The notes below the pieces were generated by a model that was not told the origin of the DNA, did not search any database, and saw nothing but the letters and a program-made list of their open reading frames with translations. Of a stretch of DNA of 64,000 nucleotides, positions 57,687 through 64,000 are shown in pieces. This stretch comes from an uncultured Bacteroidota bacterium (GTDB taxonomy: Bacteria > Bacteroidota > Ignavibacteria > UBA10030 > UBA6906): NCBI GenBank assembly GCA_963700635.1, contig CAVOYH010000003.1, forward strand, positions 224,001-288,000, read 5' to 3'. Within the stretch, counting starts at the first letter, position 1; every line of letters starts with the position of its first letter. The translations under genes were made by a program, and so were the position numbers.

Positions 57687-59329
57687 GCCGTCCCGTCCAT
57701 TCCGGGTTTCCCCTTGATCAGGGTGTTGAGTGCGTCACGGGCCATCTCCACCACGGGCGCCCACTCCCGCGGCCGAAGTTGACGGAACAATCTGAGTGTC
57801 GGATACCAGGGTGAATCAGTCCGGTCTTTCATCCATCGCCAGTCGGGATTAAACGGGAGCAACACCCAAACGGGTTTTGCCAGTGCACCCCCCAGGTGCG
57901 CAGCGACCGTATCCACGGTGATCACCAAATCCAGTTGTTCGACAAGCGCTGCACTTTCTCCAAAATCAGTGAGAGCCTCTCCATGATGGTGCATCGGGAT
58001 ATCCGATGGGAACAGTCCGGAAACACTCCCTCGCAACTCGGGCTGTAACGTGTGCCAGAGTACCCCCGGAGTCCGCAACAGCGGAAGCAGTGCTTCAGGT
58101 GGCACCGACCGGTGACGGTCATTCCTGTGTTCCGGATTGCCGGACCAGACGATGCCGATGTGCATGCGTGCCGGCTGGGACCGTACCCGGGAACGCCAGC
58201 GATCTGCGCCCGCGATGGAAGAGTGAAGATACGGTACCTGCGAGGGTATCGTGGCAAGTGTCGTTCCGAAGAACAATGGAAGACTGAACATCGTTGTCAC
58301 CGCATCAATACCCGACAGCTTCTCCCCGGGTGATACGAGCGTTAACGGGATCCTGCTTTCGTAGAACAATGGGTGGAGTTCATTTCTGCATTCGAGGATA
58401 ACTCGTATTCCGCGCGCGGTAAGGAGCTTCAGGAATCGCGCGCTCTGCACTGTGTCCCCGTATCCCTGTTCTTCCTTTATCAGAAGAGTCATACCCTCCC
58501 GGAACGATCCATCCCATGGCCTGACGCCGTCATGAACCGGGGCGACGTGGCCGGCACCGGTTGCATGACGCCATGCATACTCCCGCCATCCTTCTTCATA
58601 CATGCCCGACTGAAGTAAAACGAGAGCCAGGTTGTAGTGTGCTTCTGCGAATCCCGGCCTGCATGTAATGGCGTTCCGCAGGAGAGAGATCGCTTCGTCG
58701 GTTCTTCCTCCGTCCTGCATTACCCCTGCAAGATTCACCCACGCCTCAACAAACTCCGGCCGCAAACGGAGTGCGCGGCTCAGGTAGAGTTCCGCACCGG
58801 CCGGATCATCCCGGAGTGCCAGGTGGGTGCCCAGGTTATACGCGGTATCCGCGTTATCGGGACAGAGTTCCTGCGCGCGGGTGTATGCATCCAATGCCTC
58901 ATCAGGGCGTCCGCAACGGTTCAGCACTTCGCCCAGGTTGTTGTACGCTTGCGCGCAGGCCGTATCCAAACGTATGGCTTCCCGGTATGCAACGATTGCT
59001 TCGTCGTGTCTGCCAAGAGAGACAAGCGCCAGGCCGAGATTCATGTGGAGTTGTGGGATCGTATCATCGCATGTGATCCCCTGCCGGTACGCGGTAATCG
59101 CTTCCCCGGCGCGGTCCTCCCGTTTCAATAGATTACCGAGATTATACCAGATAAACGGATCACCCGGGTTCAGCTCGGTTGCCCGTTGATAGGCATGAAC
59201 AGCTTCGGCGTACCGCTTCAGATCGTTGAGGGCCTTGCCAAGATTAAACCAGGCATCCGCCGAATCCGGCGCATGCCGGATACCCAGTGCGCACTCCGAA
59301 AGTATATGTGTGGCGTCGGTATTCATCAT
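57683..59329 (-). CDS. TPR plus GT-B (FlmG-like) glycosyltransferase
   Basis: TPRs; EQGYGD, DLVITVDT and DWRW...SPWYP motifs. Confidence 0.88.
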   Translation of the reverse strand: MMNTDATHILSECALGIRHAPDSADAWFNLGKALNDLKRYAEAVHAYQRATELNPGDPFIWYNLGNLLKREDRAGEAITAYRQGITCDDTIPQLHMNLGLALVSLGRHDEAIVAYREAIRLDTACAQAYNNLGEVLNRCGRPDEALDAYTRAQELCPDNADTAYNLGTHLALRDDPAGAELYLSRALRLRPEFVEAWVNLAGVMQDGGRTDEAISLLRNAITCRPGFAEAHYNLALVLLQSGMYEEGWREYAWRHATGAGHVAPVHDGVRPWDGSFREGMTLLIKEEQGYGDTVQSARFLKLLTARGIRVILECRNELHPLFYESRIPLTLVSPGEKLSGIDAVTTMFSLPLFFGTTLATIPSQVPYLHSSIAGADRWRSRVRSQPARMHIGIVWSGNPEHRNDRHRSVPPEALLPLLRTPGVLWHTLQPELRGSVSGLFPSDIPMHHHGEALTDFGESAALVEQLDLVITVDTVAAHLGGALAKPVWVLLPFNPDWRWMKDRTDSPWYPTLRLFRQLRPREWAPVVEMARDALNTLIKGKPGMDGTA

Positions 59330-60192
59330 CCTTGTATTGGGGGCGGGAGAACCCGCCGGCCTGCCCGCAAGTCTGCGATCCGTTTTACCAGATCAGCGTC
59401 CTGGGGACGTAACTCCATGAGCCTGGCAAAGACGGTTTCGGCGCTGTCTCTGTCCCCCAGAGTAAGATAGGTGGCCGCCTGTTCAAGCCTGATCGACACG
59501 ATATTATGATCGCGCTGGACGAGGTACAACTCACATCCCGGAGGGATCTGGGCGAAGTGCACCCCCTTGTTCAGCAACAGGGCGCTGAACACACGTTCGA
59601 AGACCTGTGCCGCAGGCTGGACACTCCGGTGGAGATGGGGAATCCCGTCATCCGCCAGAATCGCTTTGATCACTTCTCCACGATAGATGCCGGCAAGTCC
59701 CTTGAGATAGTGCGGATACATGCGCCCGGGCACGTCATCGTAGCCGTTGGTGGTGCAGAGTTGATCAAAGTACTCTTTGAATGTTCCCTTCACATCAAAC
59801 GGCACCAGATTGCCGAAGACGCCGACTTCCGGTGTATCCTCCAGAAGCATGTATAGCCGGTCCAGCCACTCTTCATCAAAAAACCAGTGATCGTCATGCA
59901 ACAGGATATACCGCTGATAGTCAGGGACGCGTTTGAGAATATTGTCAAAATTCGCAAGGTCGTGCCCCGTGTTCGGCCTGGGAAGTACATACTCCGGGGT
60001 AAAGGTGTCGATGTACCGTTCCGCATCCGGATCGAAACCGTTGAACCCCACTGCCAGATCGAACCGGTGCCGGTTTGCCCGGAACGCTGCATTGAAGCAG
60101 AACTGCCGGAGATTGCTCCAGGTACGTTCCGAGGCTGCAATACACACAATGGTTTCGCGCATAGTTTCCTTCCGCCTTCCAACCAGCATCAC
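59326..60192 (-). CDS. Putative GT-A fold glycosyltransferase with C-terminal TPR-like helices
   Basis: RPNTGHD and YILLHDDH (DxD-like) motifs; lies within the glycosylation operon. Confidence 0.55.
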   Translation of the reverse strand: MMLVGRRKETMRETIVCIAASERTWSNLRQFCFNAAFRANRHRFDLAVGFNGFDPDAERYIDTFTPEYVLPRPNTGHDLANFDNILKRVPDYQRYILLHDDHWFFDEEWLDRLYMLLEDTPEVGVFGNLVPFDVKGTFKEYFDQLCTTNGYDDVPGRMYPHYLKGLAGIYRGEVIKAILADDGIPHLHRSVQPAAQVFERVFSALLLNKGVHFAQIPPGCELYLVQRDHNIVSIRLEQAATYLTLGDRDSAETVFARLMELRPQDADLVKRIADLRAGRRVLPPPIQG

Positions 60193-61382
60193 ACCATGTG
60201 ATGCATTGGTATGCTGTTCAAGGATGATTGAGTATTCATGACTTCAAAGAACAACCGTGCGGTCCGCTCCCATGTAAGCCCGGCCAGATCGGCACCTGCC
60301 CGGGCCCCGATTACACTGAGATCAGCCCGGTGGTGATACGCCCAATCAAGCCGTGCGATCAGTTCGTCAAGCTGGGGCTCGTCCCACACAGCCACAGGCT
60401 GCCCGCCATGCGACACCGTAATGGGCCGCATGGCCTTCAACGGGAAACTGTTACGGTCTGTGAGGACATCGCGGTGACCCGAGTTGTATGAACCGATGAC
60501 GGGCTTGCCGCAGGCCATATATTCCATGAGCACCAGATTCGTTCCGCCTTCGCACCGGTTGGGAAACACGCCAATATCGGTATTTCTGTAGATCCGTGTC
60601 ATCATGATATTGGGATAGGGGGGGAGCGTAATGACGCGGCCCACGTCAATCCCGTTGTCGAGCATGGTCTGCTGCATGAGTGTCATGTAGTCACCGGATT
60701 GGGCCGTAAAACGAATATGCGGCGAAGCCGTCATGGTTTGCATGCTCGCGGCCCAGTGATTAAACCAGCTATTCACCAGCATCACGTCCTTGTATCGGTC
60801 CTGCAGAACCTTGTAAGCTTTCAACACAAGATCCTGACCCTTGCGCAATTCAAATTTCCCGCCCGAAAAGAGGACAAACACGTCGCGGAAGTATTCCTTT
60901 TCGGCATGGGTCGGGTTAAAGATAGTCGGATCGATTCCCTGAATGATGGTCGTGGTATTGGTCAGGCCGTTCTGCCGCAGGACCTGCTCGCACCAGGTTG
61001 AACCGGTTACCACTACGTCAAAAAAGCGGCGACCGTTTTCAATAAATGCCGGTGCGAGAATACTGTCTTCAAAGAAAGTGTACCCGGCATTCCATGACCC
61101 GCGAAACGAGGGCAGTGAAGGCCGGAGCGACTTGTCCAGGATGTTCTGCAGGACCGGAACGTCGACCGTAACCGGATTGCCCGCACGGAGTCTGTCCTGT
61201 TCCTGATCGGGTACGAGCAGCGATTCAAGCAGCCGGTAATCAAAGGCATCCTGAATCGACGTAGCGCTGAATCCCTCTGTGATCAGCCGGAGGGGCGTCA
61301 TTCTGGAGAGTTCTTTCGTTATGTACTTGCCACACACTCCCCATCCATGATAACTCCCCGTGGGTAACACGGCATACATCAT
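60189..61382 (-). CDS. GT4-family glycosyltransferase
   Basis: GKFELRKG.D and FPNRCEGGTNLVLMEYMACGKPVI (EX7-8E-like) motifs. Confidence 0.88.
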   Translation of the reverse strand: MMYAVLPTGSYHGWGVCGKYITKELSRMTPLRLITEGFSATSIQDAFDYRLLESLLVPDQEQDRLRAGNPVTVDVPVLQNILDKSLRPSLPSFRGSWNAGYTFFEDSILAPAFIENGRRFFDVVVTGSTWCEQVLRQNGLTNTTTIIQGIDPTIFNPTHAEKEYFRDVFVLFSGGKFELRKGQDLVLKAYKVLQDRYKDVMLVNSWFNHWAASMQTMTASPHIRFTAQSGDYMTLMQQTMLDNGIDVGRVITLPPYPNIMMTRIYRNTDIGVFPNRCEGGTNLVLMEYMACGKPVIGSYNSGHRDVLTDRNSFPLKAMRPITVSHGGQPVAVWDEPQLDELIARLDWAYHHRADLSVIGARAGADLAGLTWERTARLFFEVMNTQSSLNSIPMHHMV

Positions 61383-62116
61383 GATGGTCTTCCTTTCCCG
61401 TTCTCCGAAGAACGGCGGGCCCGGACGAGATATTGAAACGTGAACAGTTGTTGCGCCTCGTCGCGTGTTTGTCCCCGGAGCACCATCCTCCCAAACTCAA
61501 GGTCCCTCGGCCACGGCCCGGCAGCAGGCATCTCCGCATCACAGCTGCTGATGAGTTGGTCAATCACAAACCCGCTTCCGTTGAACAGCTTGCCGATTTC
61601 CGTCAGCGTGAAGAAACGAATATGCGTGGCATCAAGCAGTCCATGTTCACTGTAGGTCCAGAAACCCTGCACCAGGTTCCGCACGAGCCGTATGTTCTGC
61701 GTGTTGGGAATGCTGGCAACAACCGCGCCGCCGGGTCGAAGATACTCGCGCAGCATCCGGAGAACCTTCCACGGATCATACAGATGCTCGAGCACGTCGG
61801 CGATGATGATCAGATCAAACCCCTGTTTGGGGATGTCATAGTCCTCAAGGGACATACGTTCGATGTCACCCCGCACGACCCTATCAAGAACCCGCCGGGC
61901 ACTCGTCACCGCATCGGGGTCGAGTTCAACGCCGAAGTACTTCACGGCATGATGTTCCCGTTTGATCGCCGCACCCGTCGCCCCGCCTCCGCACCCGATC
62001 TCCAGAACATCACGGAAGGGAAAATCCAGCAGTCCCATTAATTCCATCCGCGGATTGTCTGCGTATTTCTCCTCATACCGGGCCAGTAACGGGGAAAATA
62101 TCTGTGTCGTTTCCAT
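61379..62116 (-). CDS. Class I SAM-dependent methyltransferase (glycan O-methyltransferase-like)
   Basis: VLEIGCGGG, FDLII.ADVLEHL.DPW, SIPN and GLLDATHIRFFT motifs. Confidence 0.9.
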   Translation of the reverse strand: METTQIFSPLLARYEEKYADNPRMELMGLLDFPFRDVLEIGCGGGATGAAIKREHHAVKYFGVELDPDAVTSARRVLDRVVRGDIERMSLEDYDIPKQGFDLIIIADVLEHLYDPWKVLRMLREYLRPGGAVVASIPNTQNIRLVRNLVQGFWTYSEHGLLDATHIRFFTLTEIGKLFNGSGFVIDQLISSCDAEMPAAGPWPRDLEFGRMVLRGQTRDEAQQLFTFQYLVRARRSSENGKGRPS

Positions 62117-62131
62117 AGTCTTCCTTTCGCT

Positions 62132-63970
62132 TCACACTGTCTGTTGCACTGCCATCGGACTTCTGCCGACACCCGCCCCTCCGGCGTAGTCGCTCAGGAG
62201 GCTTCTCAGGAACGCGGCAGATCCCGCGCGTGCCGCCATGTCCTTCCACTTCGAATGAAACAGTTGCCTGTTCCGGTCTAGAATGTCCCGCGAGGTTGCT
62301 TCGGAACGGAAGTATCGGATCGACCGGAGCGCCCGGATTGTTCCGCTCCACTCGTGCTCGTATCCCGTTGCGGGGACGACGTAACACCGCACTCCGGCAA
62401 GCCGGCATTGAAGGCCCAGATCCCACTCTTCGAAGTAGCACGGAGTGTACCGCGCATCAAACTGAAGTCCGCCCGGTCCGAACAGTTCCGTACGGACGCC
62501 GAACAGAAAGCCGGACACCGCATCGACACGCACCGGTGTTGCGCACGCTCCCTTTTCGAAGTACTGCACGTCCTTTGCCGTGGCAAAATCGAAAAAACCG
62601 CCCTGCGGCCCGACAACCGCAGCGTCCGGAAGATCCGCCAGTGCCTGCTCCAGGATTGTAAATGTTGAGGCCTCCACGTGAAGATCGGCATTCAGAATAA
62701 ATGTCACCGGACTCTGTGACATCGCGAGCCCGATGTTCCAGGCACGAGGAACCCCCACGTTGTGGCTCATGCCCGCCAGGTAGTCGACCCGCGGATGCTG
62801 GCGGAGCCGCTCCGTCATCTCCGGTGCGTTGCTGACCACAATAACGTCGCCTTCGATCTGCTTCAAGTCATCAAGGAGTGTCAGAATGTTGTACGGACTC
62901 GCCGGCGACATATCCAGAACCGGTATGACGAAACTTCTTTGTGCCGGGGTCGCCGGAAGAACGGCGGGCCGGGAAGTCCGGACAGATGGTGTCTCTCCTG
63001 CAACGGATTTCTCCCGCAGCACTTCGGCAGAATCCGTTGTCGTTTTCCCGCCGAGCGTTACCTGAAGAAGATCCTCCAGCCGGTGTGCATAGGTGTGAGC
63101 GCGATGGACAAGCCGTCGTCCCCGCGCAGCCATTGTTTCCCGTTCATTTTCATGCGACAGGTAATAGCCGACCACCTCCAGGATAGTGTCATCATCATAC
63201 ACTCCGATCTCCTCGCCGGCGTGGAACAACGTGTCCTGACCGCTATTCCGGGCCTCATCGGTGAGCAGAAACGCCCCGCTCGACATCACTTCAAACACCC
63301 GCATGTTCAAATCGTTTTTGACAGCGTTATTGAACACGATCTTGCTGCGCGAGAAAAAATCGGCCATGTCCGTCCAGAAACAGCGTTCGTACGTGACACG
63401 GAACTGCTGTTCGATACGATTGATCAGCGAAACACGGCGCTCCGTATTCAACGATCCCACGAAGCCGATGTCATGAGTCCGGCCCGGAGCAGTGTTGCGA
63501 TGAATCTCCGGATCGCAACCAAGGGGCAGCCAGTGGACATGGGGGTTCCCGGCATCCCGGAATGCCTGAAGATATTCGCGCTGTGCCACAAAGACGTGGT
63601 CAAACTGCCTGGCCCATTGGACATGCCAGTCCAGACTGAGATGGCTGTCGATCAGATAACAGGCCTTGGGAACGGGGACTGCCTCAAGATTACGCGGAAA
63701 GTGTCCGCTGATGGATTCGATCCAGAGGTAGAGATCAGGCATCATCGCTGCGGGCAACTTCCGGAACAACGAGGCCATATCCACCGTCTCCGCCGTGGGA
63801 ATATTCTGCTCCTTGATGGGGAGACGCATATTCTCAAGATGCCATGTCCGGATCAATTCCTGGTCCATCGTCGGACCCATCGTGACGACCTGATGACGTT
63901 CACGGAGCGCACGCTCGAAATAGGCTGCAGTGGTAACCGGGTACGATACATACGCCAGCATGACTTTCAC
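62132..63970 (-). CDS. Fused glycosyltransferase (CgeB/DUF3880-like GT-B plus GT2-like domain); may begin beyond the window edge
   Basis: WLPLGCDP, DIGFVGS, DLNMRVFEV and HTY.HR, then NVGVPRAWN.G, ILNAD and YFEEWDL. The frame stays open upstream to position 64000. Confidence 0.85.
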   Translation of the reverse strand: MKVMLAYVSYPVTTAAYFERALRERHQVVTMGPTMDQELIRTWHLENMRLPIKEQNIPTAETVDMASLFRKLPAAMMPDLYLWIESISGHFPRNLEAVPVPKACYLIDSHLSLDWHVQWARQFDHVFVAQREYLQAFRDAGNPHVHWLPLGCDPEIHRNTAPGRTHDIGFVGSLNTERRVSLINRIEQQFRVTYERCFWTDMADFFSRSKIVFNNAVKNDLNMRVFEVMSSGAFLLTDEARNSGQDTLFHAGEEIGVYDDDTILEVVGYYLSHENERETMAARGRRLVHRAHTYAHRLEDLLQVTLGGKTTTDSAEVLREKSVAGETPSVRTSRPAVLPATPAQRSFVIPVLDMSPASPYNILTLLDDLKQIEGDVIVVSNAPEMTERLRQHPRVDYLAGMSHNVGVPRAWNIGLAMSQSPVTFILNADLHVEASTFTILEQALADLPDAAVVGPQGGFFDFATAKDVQYFEKGACATPVRVDAVSGFLFGVRTELFGPGGLQFDARYTPCYFEEWDLGLQCRLAGVRCYVVPATGYEHEWSGTIRALRSIRYFRSEATSRDILDRNRQLFHSKWKDMAARAGSAAFLRSLLSDYAGGAGVGRSPMAVQQTV

Positions 63971-64000
63971 ACCGGACTGGATGCGGGAAGAGGGGTTCTG

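Noticed and set aside
1-64000. CRISPR arrays, tRNA/rRNA genes, IS elements, integrases or diversity-generating retroelements
   Set aside because: No spaced direct repeats, RNA gene signatures, or transposase, integrase or reverse transcriptase motifs were seen. The repeated sequences are explained by paralogous flagellin, REC, kinase and TPR-GT domains.

Overview
This window is a single minus-strand motility island in four blocks. (1) 1-21.8 kb is a flagellar basal-body, hook and export cluster: flgB-flgC-orf-fliE-F-G-H-I-J-motE-like-fliK-flgD-TIGR02530-flgE-flbD, then fliL-M-N-O-P-Q-R-flhB-flhA-flhF-flhG-orf-fliA (fliA is cut by the window edge). motAB and che genes are not present. (2) 22-43 kb is a ~20 kb phosphorelay island: five histidine kinases, an HDOD protein, three proteins ending in an uncharacterised Cys4 domain, an NtrC-type sigma54 activator and a NarL-type regulator. 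(3) 43-47.6 kb holds two sigma28-driven flagellin operons carrying alphaproteobacterial-style flagellins, FlaF, FlbT, two FlgM-like paralogues and a degenerate flagellin-like protein. (4) 47.6-64 kb is a flagellin-glycosylation block with seven TPR/GT-B (FlmG-like) modules in five genes, plus other glycosyltransferases and methyltransferases. A regulatory hierarchy can be read from the DNA. There are sigma70 promoters for narL and for the kinase-ntrC operon. Two sigma54 promoters have a non-canonical -12 (TTGA), and each has a GGCYAATAWTRGCC palindrome exactly 74 bp upstream. Both flagellins have near-consensus sigma28 promoters. Gene content suggests a non-proteobacterial host, possibly Ignavibacteria/Bacteroidota-Chlorobi (inference only). 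No rRNA, tRNA, CRISPR array or mobile element was seen. All calls come from motif recognition by eye; no searches were run.
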